This document shows, piece by piece, positions 40,174-53,598 of a stretch of DNA of 64,000 nucleotides. Location: the NCBI RefSeq assembly GCF_006345805.1, contig NC_043011.1:22084464-22148463 (forward strand). Reading direction: 5' to 3'. The position numbers were made by a program, and so were the translations under genes. Every line of letters begins with the position of its first letter. The stretch's first letter is position 1. Source of the stretch: Octopus sinensis. Lineage: Eukaryota. A model generated the notes under the pieces. That model worked only from the letters and a program-made list of their open reading frames with translations, made no database searches and was not told the DNA's origin.

Positions 40174-40739
40174 TTGGGTTATCTGGAAAGTTCATGCCAA
40201 TTTATAGTAGCTTACCTTTCGACTTATTTTAGAACATGGTTGAGTCCATAAAACATGATTTGACTACACCTCCATTTAGAGAACAGTTTAAGCTATCTTT
40301 TCATGGAAGAAGGTTTATGTTCCTATAACCTGTGTTAATTCTGTAACCCTTTAAAATGGAAGATAAGAAAGTTCATTTTCGGCACTTGATACTTTGGGAA
40401 CCAGACAAAAATTACTGCAGCTCAGCTGGGATGTGTTACCCAACCCTCCATATTCACCAGATATTGCTCCTTCAGATTTCCACTTATTCAGGTCTCTGCA
40501 GAATAGTCTTAATAGTAAAAATTTCAATTCCTTGGATGATGTAAAAAGATACTTTGATGAATTCTTTGCCATGAAACCACCTCAATTCTGGGAAAAGGGT
40601 ATTTTCAAGTTAAAGGCAAGATGGAGACGGATTGTGCAACAAAATGGTTCATATTTGGTTGATTAAAAATGTAATGGCAAGTATTTATTGACCTTTTTCC
40701 TTCCTTTAAAAATTGGCACGAACTTTCCGGACAACCCAA
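40174..40739 (+). mobile_element. Internally deleted mariner, mellifera-subfamily-like
   Basis: TA TSDs; 30-bp TIRs TTGGGTT(A/G)TC(T/C)GGAAAGTTC(A/G)TGCCAATTT; MEDKKVHFRH start fused to ...PPYSPDIAPSDFHLFRSLQNSL...NGSYLVD. Confidence 0.92.
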
Positions 40740-40904
40740 TAAATGTTTTTATAAGTCAGTACTACATTCTACTGTGTCTGCATGTTTTGACTTATCACAA
40801 AAATGAACCATTTATTTATGATTGATAAAAATAATTTTCAACTGTATTTTGTCTTTGTTTTTAATTAATATTTTCTACAACAACTCAATCATTATTTATT
40901 TCAG

Positions 40905-41028
40905 ACGTCTCATATTTGCTAACCGTGGTGAAATCTTTGGCCACTGGGACTGTGAGTGGACACACCTTTATAGTGAACTTAGAGAGGCTCCAAAATCTCA
41001 TGCAAAGGGAATAGAGATCATCTTGAAA
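40905..41028 (+). CDS. VPS13: VPS13 exon 23 (PH-like domain)
   Basis: ttcag|A CGT...AAA|gtaagt; RLIFANRGEIFGHWDCEWTHLYSEL...GIEIILK. Confidence 0.94.
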
Positions 41029-41081
41029 GTAAGTACATTTCTGTATTTTAACTTTTCTCTCTTCTACACTTATCAATAAAA

Positions 41082-41300
41082 TATTGGTTTCAAATTTTTG
41101 GCACAAGGCCAGTGATTTGGGGAGAGAGGGTAAGTTTAATAACAGCAACCCCACTGTTCAAATGGTACTTATTTTATCGACCATGAAAGTATAAAAAGCA
41201 AAGCCAACCTCAGCAGAATTTGAACTCAGAAGGTAAGAATAGACCAAATGATTGTAAGCATTTTCCCTGGCATGCTAATGATTCTGCCAGCTTGCCACCT
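41082..41300 (-). mobile_element. tRNA-derived SINE, family D
   Basis: TATTGGTTTCAAATTTT(T)GGCACAAGG...ATTTGAACTCAGA; copies at ~15264-15462, 25080-25215, 62285-62385 (-) and 13363-13530, 19497-19612 (+). Confidence 0.75.
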
Positions 41301-43150
41301 CACATGAATTATTAAATAAGCTAACTCATTTACTATCGCTGAAGTTGATAACTCTTAAGATACCCACAGCCTTTGCTGGAGCTTCTAACAGTATGTTTGC
41401 CGTAGTAATGTGAAACTCAGCCATAACCTGAACCACTGTCAGCTGAAATGTAGCTGAGGTATTTTAGGCTGTTGTTGTTTTGCCCCAAATCAATCTCAAT
41501 CAAGGGGAACTATAGTATCCTATCTTTTGGGGGCTATCTGGGACTGCATTATCTTGCATACTCTTTTCTATTTTAACGATGTTAGGTGTGATTTTATGAA
41601 GATACACCTTATATTTCTAGCAAGTGGAACAATTGTATAGACAAGCCCTTGTTGACTCATTACCTTAGGTAATAATATGGCAGAGAAAGACTAAGAAAAA
41701 TGTCTGGGAGAAAATGCCTGTGAAGACACATGGCTCAGTGGTTTAAGCATCAGGCTCATTATCATGAGGTAGTGAGTTCAATTCCCAGACTGGGCTGTGT
41801 GTTGTGTTCTTGAGCAAGACACTTTATTTCACATTGCTCCAGTTCACTCAACTGTAGAAATGTGTTGGAACATCACTGGTGCCAAGCTGTATCAGCATTT
41901 GCCTTTCCCGTGGATAACATCAGTGGCATAAAGAGGGGTTGTTGGTATGCATGGGTGACTGGTGGTCTTCCATAACCAACCTTGCCTGAACTTGTGCCTT
42001 GGAGGGGAACTTTCTAGGTACAACCCCATGGTCATTCATGACCGAAGGGGGTCTTTACCCTGGGGAAAAAAATTGGTGACTTTGTGTCAGGTATTACTGA
42101 AGTAGTAGTTAGTGAAAACTTGCTAAACAATGAACAGAAAGACTCCTAGGTGACCTTCTGCTGCTTTTGAAATGCCACCTTTAGTGGGGATTGAACTCAG
42201 AATCTTCAAGTGATCCTATATCCCAAAACTGTAGTGTATATGCTCAACTACAAAGTATGATAGTGAGACAAGCCCAGGTGTGTTGCTTGTATAATGCTAC
42301 TCTGCATTTTATAAAGAGTGGGTGGGAGTAACTGGAAAGGTCATTGCTTACCAATTTTCAGGTCTGGGCAAAGTTTATTGTGGAAGACCATCAATTGTCC
42401 ATGCTTGTAGGTTTCTCTTTACCATACCGTTAACCTTAACAAATGATGTAAAGCACACTGCTAACACAGTAGGGACTTATAAAAACGTTGAATACACTTT
42501 ATAGTATATTATGGTTGCATAATAAAACATTGCATCCCAACAAGTCATTAATATTTATCTACCAGGTTCCAGAAATGTTTTCTATAGGAAAGGTGATGCC
42601 AATACAGCTTGGCACCAGTGACATCATATACATTGCCTTCAGAATGTAGAGAACCAGAACTGATCATCCCAGACTTTTTTTTTCTGATACTCTAACCATT
42701 CTGCTAATCCACTGCCTTTGACTGGGGTGTTGGGTGGGGTTGGCGTGTTATTGACCATAAAAGGTATGAAAGACAGAGTTGATCTTGACAAGATTTGAAC
42801 TCGAAGTATAGAGAGTCAGAGCAAATATTGCCAGTCAAATTTCTATGTGACCTTGCCAATTCATTATAAGATATCGTTATTAGACTGATAAAGGTAGTGC
42901 AAATGGTATTGGATCCAAAAGATGCTTATGGGAACTAATTTGTTCTCTTCATGTTAATTAAATAATATATTCATGATCTATAGGTGCATGAGTGGATATG
43001 TGGTTAACAAGTTTGTTTCCCAACCACATGGTTCTGGGTTTGATGCCACCATGTGGCACCTTGGGCAAGTGCTTTCTACTATAGCCCTAGGCCGACCAAA
43101 ACCTTGTGAATGGATTTGGTAGATGGAAACTAAAAGAAGCTTACTGTGTA

Positions 43151-43201
<51 letters not shown>

Positions 43202-43556
43202 TTCTTCTTATGGAAGATTAAAACTGAAAAACACCATTATATAAGCAGTGTTCTTCATTTCCAATTATCCATGAAAACACAGAGAAATTTTGCATGGGCT
43301 GGCAACTGGAAAGGCATTTGGCTATGGAAATTCTGCCTCAATAAACCTCATTTGACCCTTACCAGCATGGAAAAGTAAATGTTAAAATGATGGTGATGAC
43401 GATAATGATATATCAACTTACTAACTTGTGTGTATGAATTCATTTTCAATATAATAGATTAAAGTTGATTAAATAGAGCATAAATCAATTAATAGAATAT
43501 TTATGTTTTATCTGCCATAATTATTGTTATCTAGATAATGTTAACTTTATTTGCAG

Positions 43557-43634
43557 GAGAAGGAGAAAAAGAAATTCTTTGGCAGCAATCTGCCGAAAAA
43601 GGTTGTGATGATACAAGATCAAAAAGTGAAAGAG
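43557..43634 (+). CDS. VPS13: VPS13 exon 24
   Basis: ttgcag|GAG...GAG|gtaagt; EKEKKKFFGSNLPKKVVMIQDQKVKE; phase 0/0 fits its neighbours. Confidence 0.88.
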
Positions 43635-43699
43635 GTAAGTGTGTGTGTGTTGTTGGTAGTATGAGTTCTAGACAAAAATTTCCTTTAAATGTACACCAT

Positions 43700-44420
43700 C
43701 TTATATATTAAGTCCCTACTTGTAGATCACATGATGTTTAGCAACAATGGTTTTGTCACTGAAATAGGATAGTTTTAGGAAGCTCATATCAGATTTGGAA
43801 GTACAGACCTTATTACAAAGAGTACTGATTTCAGCATTGTTCAGATGCAATCATTTGGTAAACGATGAAGGATAGCCATTGTTTATTCGGAACTTGTGGA
43901 ACCACTTTGTGTTGGTAGCTTTGTCAGCATTATGGGGTGTGCCCTAGCTAATTGCCCCATCAACAACTTCAAAATGTGCTTAAGGACGTGCATGGTATAT
44001 GAGGTAACCTGCAGCAAATGTGATGCATCCTACATTGGGAGCACCACCAGAAAACTGCACATATGCATCAAGAACATATGCACACAAACACTTCAAACCA
44101 CAAACCCCTACAGAAGTGCCAGACCTAGGATTTCACAGAATTTATCAGGGATGTTCAGTGTAATACAATCTTAGATACATCAAGGCCATCCTTATTAACA
44201 AGCTAAGACCAGCTCTAAAAACAGAAAAGAGCTACATGAAGCAGATTGATTGTTATAACACCAGTCTACATGTCACCATCTTCCTCCTCTACATATTTGA
44301 GCAATGATCTATTCCATCATTCATTTCTCCATGTGTTCTGAGGAAGAGGTCATAACCCCGAAATATAAGGTAGAACTGTTGTCTTATTTTCACTTCTTCA
44401 CTTGTGCTATTTACTTATTG
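43700..44420 (+). mobile_element. Decayed Penelope-like element 3' end (GIY-YIG endonuclease plus hammerhead-like motif)
   Basis: MVYEVTCSKCDASYIGSTTRKLHI and AILINKLRPAL motifs, followed by CTGAGGA...GAAA at 44338-44363. Confidence 0.8.
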
Positions 44421-46677
44421 GAAGTAATATTATACAATGATTCACCCTAACTATTCTATTCTAATGTATACATATATCTCAACCATGCTTGGGCATCACT
44501 TTCCATAAAGATAAAATAGTATAATAATAGTATATTGCAATATGATGTTGTTGATATTCAGACCTTGATCAGCCTTGGACTAGAAGGTTTATCAAAGACG
44601 CTCCATTCTGTCCCAGTACATCTAAAAATACATTATCCTAATGTGTCTTTCACTGTTGCTATCATCTACTCACAAGTTTGATCCCATTAATTTTGGGATG
44701 GCACATGTTTATAATGGACCCGTTGATTTTATAATTGTTAATGATGTTATCTTTTTAACTCAAGATATATTCAGACAGTGAAGTAGGGAGGCATCTAAGT
44801 GTCTGAATGTATACATAGCTTTTGAGAGTCGTTTTTTTTTAAAGAGATTTGAAATGGTAAATATGAGGGCTGTGAAAATTACATGAGGAAGAAGAGTTTT
44901 GTGAATTCATATTAAAAAGATTTCTTGTTTATAACTGGCTATTGAAGTAGTGAATATTTTTATTCAACTGTAACTCACACTAATGTTTTTTTTTATTAAA
45001 TATCTTGTTGTCTATGATCTATGAAATTCAGAATAATTAGAAACAGCCTTCTCTCACAAACAGCAATGGCACAGTATACCTATGTAGCCATAAGCAGGCT
45101 CAGATACCATCTTGAGTCTGCTACACTTTACTCAATGGAACATCAAGAATGTGATACATAAAGGGAGAGAGGGTTGCATCATACCTGGCTGGTACTTTAT
45201 CAACCCTGAAAAGATTAAAGACAAAGTTGATTTCAGTTAGATTTGAACTCAGAGAGCCAGAATATTACAACACATGCTATCCAATGTTCTAATGACTCTG
45301 CTAATCAGTAACTTTTGAAGTGAGTGTGTATATATATACATATAGATGTGTATGCTTGTGTGTAATATATAAATACCCATACACACACTCAGATTATTTG
45401 CTTACACTCTCGAAGTGGTTGAAGTTAGGAAGGGCATCCAGCTGTAGAAACACTGCCAGATCAGACTGGAGCCTGGTGCAGCCTCCAGGCTTCCCAGACC
45501 CCGGTCGAACCGTCCAATCCAACGGACGTTAAACGATGATGATGATCTTACAAATGGAGTTATCAATATACACTTGTAATGGAAGTGTTTACAATTAATA
45601 AATTTATGTGTTGTAACTAGAAATTTTAGTCTACACCAGATTTTCATACAACTTGTACTGAGACTAACTATATTCATCTTTTCCATTGCTAAACTTAACA
45701 ACTTGTCTTGCATATAGATAATGTCTGAGGTCCAAATAAATCATCATTTCAAAATTATGTTAGGTTTTCATGTCTTTAGTATCATCTGGTCAGGCAACTT
45801 GCCTAGACCAATGCAACTCTATGCCAGATGTCCTGATCAAGCAATGTGGCATGAACATCTGGTTTGGGTTTTAGTCATACTGGTCTTTCACTTGCTAAAA
45901 TATCTCATCTGCACATGCCACAACTGTAGATGATAGTAGTTGTTCACTACTGAACTGGTTGATCCTAACCATTCATGGTTTGTTATCTGTTCATCTGCTC
46001 AGCACTTAGTGATATTCGCCCTTATTTTCTTTAAGATTCATTTGCCAAAATAGTTCACATCCATCAATCTGCATCCCATCATTTCAATAAACCCTGACTT
46101 GGGTAGTTACGTGCTATTTAACCCATAGCTGGAACCCTGACAGGTTCTACTACTCTGGGTCAGAGTAGACCTGGGAAAAAATAGTGGCTAAGAGGTGGTC
46201 CCATACTTCTCAAAACTCTGGAATTCTTGAGCCATGGCTCCACTACCAGATGCAGTTTAAAATCGTACCTGTTTCTAAAGCATGCAAACAAGTTAATAAA
46301 GAAATGAATGGATTTTTTTTTACCATTTGTGATCCACTTTCAGGATATGGCAAATACATCGTCATTTTCAAGAATGTGATATGCTTTCATGTCTTTCGTA
46401 TCATGTGTAAAACATACATAAGCAAAAGAGATAGCAATTGCTTACATGTTTTAAGCAAGATTAAAATGTGCAGTTGCCACATGTGTGTGTAAGTGAGCTT
46501 GTGAGAAATCAGAAGTAAATTGAGTAAATAAATTATCGCTTTTTTTCTTACTTTAATATTTATAAGAAGATTGCCTTTATTGACCAATCATTTTAATCCT
46601 TCTTATTTCTTCTTTTATGCTGACCAGATGTTGTAACCTAACTTATGTGACCTTTCATTATCTCCTTTTAATTGCAG

Positions 46678-46719
46678 TGGATTCTCACCAAGATCACTGA
46701 AGCCATGGCACGTGCTTAA
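46678..46719 (+). CDS. VPS13: VPS13 terminal coding exon 25
   Basis: ttgcag|TGG ATT CTC...GCT TAA; WILTKITEAMARA*, plausible final PH-domain helix. Confidence 0.85.
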   Translation, partial: WILTKITEAMARA

Positions 46720-49700
46720 AGTACTTACCATGGATACACAGTCGAAAAGTTAGTCATATATAAGCCTATCCCTAAAGAGATTTCGAAATCAAGTCTCTAA
46801 TTGCTGCCTCTGCTGCTGTTTCTTCCAACAGGTCTTTCCTGTTGCTTGCCTTTTGTTTAAAAAAAAATACACAGATCTTTGCTCTCCTCATGAAACTGAA
46901 AGGAAATGTTCCAGAAATTGCTGCTACTTAATGCTCATGCAAAATTAACTGAGATTGCTCTTGCTCAAATAAATCTACATGTCTGTGTGTCACTTGTCAA
47001 TATCTTTGCTGATGAAAAGGAAAGAAAATCTGTTTGTTTTTCTTCTTTTTCAGTTTTGGAAAAGATAGTTCTTTATTTTACAAGTAAATATTGTGATTTG
47101 TGTAAATAGTTATTTCACTATTAAATAAAATTTTTTAAAATAGCAAAAAATAAAATCAGCCATTCAATTCAATTGCTTTAATTTTAAATAAAATACTTGC
47201 AAATTATATATATATATATATATATATATAATAGTAACAAATATATTTTAAATGTTCCATATATGCTTCAGTAGAATATATAGTCGGTCTATCATACATA
47301 CATATATATACGTATACATATATAGATAGATAGATAAATAGATAGATATATATATGTATAGATAGTGCAGCTATGTTGGGGAGATACTATGTATAACATA
47401 CATCCTTAGTAGATATGTAAAAAAACTTTTTTTAATTGTTTACTCAAAAGAAAATAGAAAAGGTTCAGCTTTCAAGTTATCTACTACACAATGCTTTGTC
47501 TTCATTATATCAATGCGCAAACCAATCACTGAGATGCAAAGTACAATTTTAGATACACCCAGCAAAATGCTGCACTACAGCCTAAGAGATATATATATGA
47601 ACACATGCAAGCAAGCACATATATTTTATTTTCAACTTAATTCAGTGCCTTTTTTTAGCTTTCAAAAGAAAAAAAGAAAAAGAAAAAAAAAACAATAAAA
47701 AAAAAAGAAAGTGCCTAGCTGCGTGTGTTGTGCTGAAAGACATAAACGATGGAACTGTTAGTTTATGCCAAATGTAAACCTATACATATTCAGCCAATGT
47801 CACCAGCTTCTCTATGTTTAGTTACTGTTCTATAGTTTCTGCTAAACACTTTGCAATACTTATAGGGTATAATTCATCAACACAGTACCATTTTATTTTG
47901 GTGAGATAGCTGGGGAATGTGATACTATTTAATGTACAGCTGCTATTTCCATGTTATAAACTTTTAGTTTATTATTATTGTTATTGCCTGTTACTGTACA
48001 GGAGTATAACTATTCTGTGAATTGAAATGTATGTTATAACTCTTAAAAGCCATTTCCAACTACTTTCCTTAGTCACTGCCATGCCATGTATATAGTTTTT
48101 AGTTACATCAACGAACTAGGAAAAGCTTGTAATATCTTAATTTATTTAAAGCTTCTTTCTTATTGCTCTCCCATTCATCACTAGACAAAACATTTGCATA
48201 TAGGTTCAGCTATTCTTAGCAACCACTGTAATTAAAGGAATGAAGCAATAGTTATAAAATATACAGATTTATTGCTTTCATATTTTCTTAATAACACAAA
48301 CTAATCCTCAAAAAATATTTTAATGACAGCATGTTAGATATTATGAGATGTATATTCCTGTCACTATCATTCACACACATACACTTTCCACAGAGTATCT
48401 ATTGTAATTTCACAATCTGTAACCAGCTTTGGTTCAAATTTGCCAATGTTTTACTTTCATGGCTCTTTATAATCCCTCGAAATATATTGCATTCTTTCTG
48501 TTTATTAATAATCTTTCAACTGTGAAGTTATTTTCCTTGTATTTGTTTGTTTGGAAATGTGTTCTGTGTATATGTATCCTATGTGTATGTGTTGTTTTAA
48601 TTCCATGACTGTCTCCCTGCTCTACATCTCACCTGGTTGTTGTACTGGCTGAATAAACCCAGTTATTTTGTTTTATTTTTGATGGCTTCATATTACAATC
48701 CCACCATGTACCAAACAATCATTTCACTGGAAATTGGTTCTTATCTCTGTGTTCTATGTTACCTATTAAGCTAGTGGCTGCTTTATAATTCCAACTTTTA
48801 AAAAGATTGAAACTTGTTCTCGGTTTCATGGAAAGATGAAATAAATTACATATCTTGTTTATGATCTCTACTCTAGTGAATAGATTGACAGTAACAATTG
48901 TTTAAAATTATTTATTCCGCCCAACTTCTGCTTAATTTGATTTCCTTTTGCCTACTTCATTATAATCATTCAAACATTGAAAAGATATATATATAGGGAA
49001 GTTTCTATCAGCAACTGATAAATTTTTTATGCATTTTTGTTTCTTTTGTAAGAAGTTAGTTTGTTGGTAAAAGACAGAAACTGAAGTAAGGATATATTAA
49101 TTTATCCTTCATCTTCATATCTGTTTAAATTAACTTTGCTGACAATCTGTGAAGCTAATGTTATGAGCTGGATTAGAGAAAAACAAACTAATTTTGGAAC
49201 TTTTTCATATCTTACAGTTAAGCTGTTTTAGTCAATACAAAAATTATAAACGGTATTAAGTTGGTCCTCATCACTTGACATGAATAAGACATCCTGTCTT
49301 TATAACAAATGGAGTTAAAGACATATTCTATTAGAAATAAGTTTAAGAGTGGCTGATATCTTCACAACCAAGAATATTCAGCTATAGTTCAATTTATTTA
49401 ACATTAAATTTAGAGATAGCATATTAAATTTAACACTCAATCATAATATCTAAGTTTCTTGATTAAATCAAAAGAAAATTTATTATCAGTAATTTTTACT
49501 TGGTTTTTCACTTTTTCACACCAAAGAAAAAAGTAAAATTCAGGGCAATTTGTTATTCTGTTTTAAGTATAACTAAATGACAGCGTTTTATTATTCACTG
49601 TCTTCTCAAATTAAATCAACCCCTTTCTTTTTAATGCTGTAGCAAAAATTGTTTTCTTTTTGCTCCTTGTTAATGGAATCCTGTGGTATGGATCGTATCT

Positions 49701-50260
49701 AGAAACTGCTGAAACATGTCTAGAAACATTAATTCCAACCATTAATCTCCATTAGTACACTTTCTTATACTGACTACAAAAATAAAACAAGTCGATCAGA
49801 TAGGACCCAGACTAATAAAGTAACTCTGTTATGAAAATGTTCAAAAATACTGGCACTTTTCAAAGAAACTAAAGTATGAATATCTCTTGTTGTAACTACT
49901 ATAGAGTCTTTATTACAAGGAATAATTCAACAAAGGAGCAAGCTAGACTTTATTTTTGACTGCTTCCTTATTTATAGATGCAATATAAAATGGTTCATTA
50001 TATGGAATCTATGGACATGGAACTGTTGAAATTTTAGGGTTTTGTTTCTGATTTTTTTCCTTCTGTTTGTCTCTTTTTTTTTTATTAGTTCATTTCATAG
50101 TAATAACTGTATCAATTTGTAAACCTTTCAAAATTTTGGCGGGAAAAATTGTCATATTTCTATGAAAAAAGAAATTTTGCCAGTGAAGGTCAAAGCTACT
50201 GACTTTTGTAAAGTATTTTATGTTGTTTCATAAACAATAAAGATCATTGTTTATAGCCCA
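46720..50260 (+). other. Probable long VPS13 3'UTR
   Basis: Follows the stop codon; no recognisable SINE/LINE until ~50450; several AATAAA, the distal one followed by a U/GU-rich tract. Confidence 0.6.
50236..50241 (+). terminator. Candidate distal polyadenylation signal
   Basis: AATAAA followed ~30 nt later by ggtttttgtgtcatttttttttg; lies at the edge of the repeat-free zone. Confidence 0.5.
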
Positions 50261-53210
50261 AAAATATTGGTTTTTGTGTCATTTTTTTTTGTTCATAAAC
50301 ATAAAGGCATGATTCATTGCTTTTAAAGAAACATACAAGACATGTCTATAATTAACACTTGATTTCGTGTTCTTTTACTGTAAGAAAGCAACCTTGCATA
50401 ATGAGCAATATTTCTGCTAATTTCAAGCAAATTACCAAAATGATAACCAAAATAATTATTGATGTAGATTTTCTACAGTTGGATGTCCTTCCTGTCACCA
50501 ACTCTCACCTGTTTCCATGTCAGATAATATTTCTCCATAGCCAGACCCAGACAGGTTTTCACAGAGTAATGGAAACAAAGGAACCCACTTGTATGACAGT
50601 GACACATATTTTCAACTATCATGTAATGTCAAGATAAAGAAACACTAAGACACACACACACAAGTATGACCTCAAGACACTGAGCCTTACGGAAGAGATG
50701 ACTAAGGACCTCGATATCTATCCTTGCTGCCATCAAGAAGACCTGTCTACCATAGCAGAATTGATACCGGTGTTGGAGCTACATAAAAAGCACCAAGCAT
50801 ACTCTATGAAGTGGTTGGTGTTAGGAAGGGCATCTGGCCATAGAAACCATGCCAGAACAGACAACGGGGCTTGGTGCAGCCCCTAACTTACCAGCTGTAG
50901 ACTGTGCAACCCATGCCAGCATGGAAAACGGACGTTAGATGATGATATATACATGTGGGAAAGTGAGCATGTGTGTGTGTATGTCACACACACACAACAG
51001 ATTATTGATGTAAGTTTGACTAGTTCTAAAGTTTGGACTGATTATTTGTACTTGATAATGAAACTAATTTCCTTAAACATTCCCCAGTCGCACCAATAAG
51101 CAAGAGCAATGCTGTTTAGTCTGTCTATTTTAATCATGTATGTTAACAGTTACATGTTCAAAGTAATAATTCTTACACAGGCACAAGGGGAGAAATTTGT
51201 TGCGAAGGAACTGTTGATTATCTCGACTGCAGTATTTGACTGGCGTTCCATATTATCAACCCTAGAATGATGAAAAGCAATGTTAATCCTAACAGGATTT
51301 GAACTCGAATCACAAAGGAGTCGAAGAATTTGCTTCACTCTGGGATCGATCTAATTGACTGCCTCCTCCCCAAAAATTTCGGGCTTTGCACCTAGAGTAC
51401 AAAAGACATTCTTATTCTGCCTCCCCTCCTTTTCTCCTTAATGATCTCCTCATAGCTCATATACCTTTCCCCACTTTCCTTATACCTTCCTTCCTTTCTT
51501 TGTCTCCCTACTTTCCTCTTTCTCTTTAGCATAGTAATTTTTTCTCTCATAATGCACGCAATGCATACATACACCTCTACAAACTGTTTGTATATCCTCC
51601 ACTCTCTTCCCCCCTCTCTCTCTCTTCACTCACAAACACAAATGCATGGAAGATTATTTCCACATTTAGCTGACACGAGGTGTGAATTTCATATCGCAGG
51701 CCAATCTAAGGGACATAACTCTGAAACAACTTTATCCAACATTACACATTTCACTCACGGATATTCACATAGTTTCCGTCTAACCAAATTCGCTCACAAG
51801 GCATTGGTCTGACCATGCGTCTAAGGGGTCGTGCTGTGAGGCTGAACCCGATGCAATGTGATTGCAAAGAGAGTTTAACTTACACAGTCACGTCAGCGGC
51901 TTACTGAAACTAATTTGAAGAGATATTGCATTATAAACCCCAAAATATGGTTATTTTATAATCGGGTTTTATAATTTTTAAAACTTTTGGGCAGGGTTTC
52001 GGATCAGGACACCCACATAAGTTGGATCTTTACAATTTCTTTTTCACCAAGGCTTTGGAAATGAGTGTGGAGGGCATCTTTTTATGACAATTTTTTTTTT
52101 TATCTATAACTCGATTTTTCATTTCACCAACGCCATCCGGACCGATTTTGGCCAAATTTTTTTTGCACAACGCACTGATCCGAAATCCTGCCAATATTTT
52201 TTTTTCCTTTCGTGTGTGTATAAACTTCTTTTTTTTTTTTGTATAAACATTTTTTGAAAATTAATGTTTATATCCAAAACTACTGCTTGCATTTTTAGTT
52301 TCGTTTCTTACTTCCATCTCACCTGAACAAAAAAAAACATTTGGAGGAGCACATAACTCTTGAATTGACACATCACATTTCCCTACCCTTATAAATCTAA
52401 TAACATAGGTACCTAGTCAAAAGAAATCAAGTTGGTCGAGCACAAAATGATAGATGCTGAAGATAAGTTCCCATTGACCGAAGTCGGAGTCCTGGTTATA
52501 ATTATCATTATCTTTCGGAAAACATGAATATTACAATATCTAATTCCTCATCACAACCTATAAATAGACAATTTTGTGCCTAGTCAAAAAGAAAAGCAAG
52601 TGTGGTTGTGTGGTTAAGAAGCCCATTTTGCAACCATGTGGTTTCAGGTTCAGTCCCACTGTGCAGCATTTTGAGCAAGTGTTTATTATAACCCCAGACC
52701 AACCAAAACTTGTGTGGAAGCCTGTCATGTGTTTGTGATTGTTTGTCCCCCACCCAGCCACTGTGTTGGTTTATTTACATCTCCATAACTTAGCAGTTCA
52801 GCAATAAAGACCAATAGAATAAGTACCCGACTTTAAAAAATAAGTGTTGAGGTCAATTTGTTTGACTAAAACCCTTCAAGGGGGTGCCCCAGCATGGCTG
52901 CTGTCCAATGATTGAAACAAGAAAATGATAAAAGAAATATAATTGATGTAAATTGTAGAAAACTGAACAAGAAAAATGTTTCATGACATTTTGCTGTTGC
53001 ATCATATGCAGTTCAAATCAAACCAAGGTTTGATTCAGTCCTCAAGGATTGAGGAGTGAATTAAATGATAACTTATATCCAAGAAATATTTTTAATTAAC
53101 CCTTTAACATTTAAACCAGCTATATCAGGCCCAAATATTTTACCTGCTTAATTCCAAACTGACCAGATTCAGTTTTTCACATCTACTCACTACAATGTCA
53201 TTCTAAGAAT

Positions 53211-53598
53211 GTGGAGGTGCAATGGCCCAGTGGTTAGGGCAGAGGACTCACGGTTGTAGGATCATGGTTTCAATTCCCAGACCAGGCATTATGAGTGTTT
53301 ATGGAGCGAAAATACCTAAAGCTCCACGAGGCTCCAGCAGTGGGGGTGGGGTGGCGAACCCTGCTGTACTCTTTCACCACAACTTTCTGTCACTCTATCT
53401 TCCTGTTTCTGTTGCACCTGTATTTCAAAGGACTAGCATTGTCACACTCTTGTGTCACGCTGAATCTCTCCCAAGAACTACGTTAAGGGTACCTGTGTCT
53501 GTAGAATGGTCAGCCACTTGCACATTAATTTCATGAGCAGGCTGTTCCGTTGATCAGATCAACTGGAACCCTTGTCATCGTAACTGACGGAGTGCCAA
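53211..53598 (+). mobile_element. tRNA-derived SINE, family C, inserted in a TTAA MITE
   Basis: TGGCCCAGTGG A box, GGTTTCAATTCCC B box; perfect 12-bp TSD CATTCTAAGAAT. Confidence 0.88.

Noticed and set aside
46717-46725. Stop-codon readthrough or selenocysteine at the VPS13 stop
   Set aside because: The stop is TAA-A, not a TGA-C readthrough context
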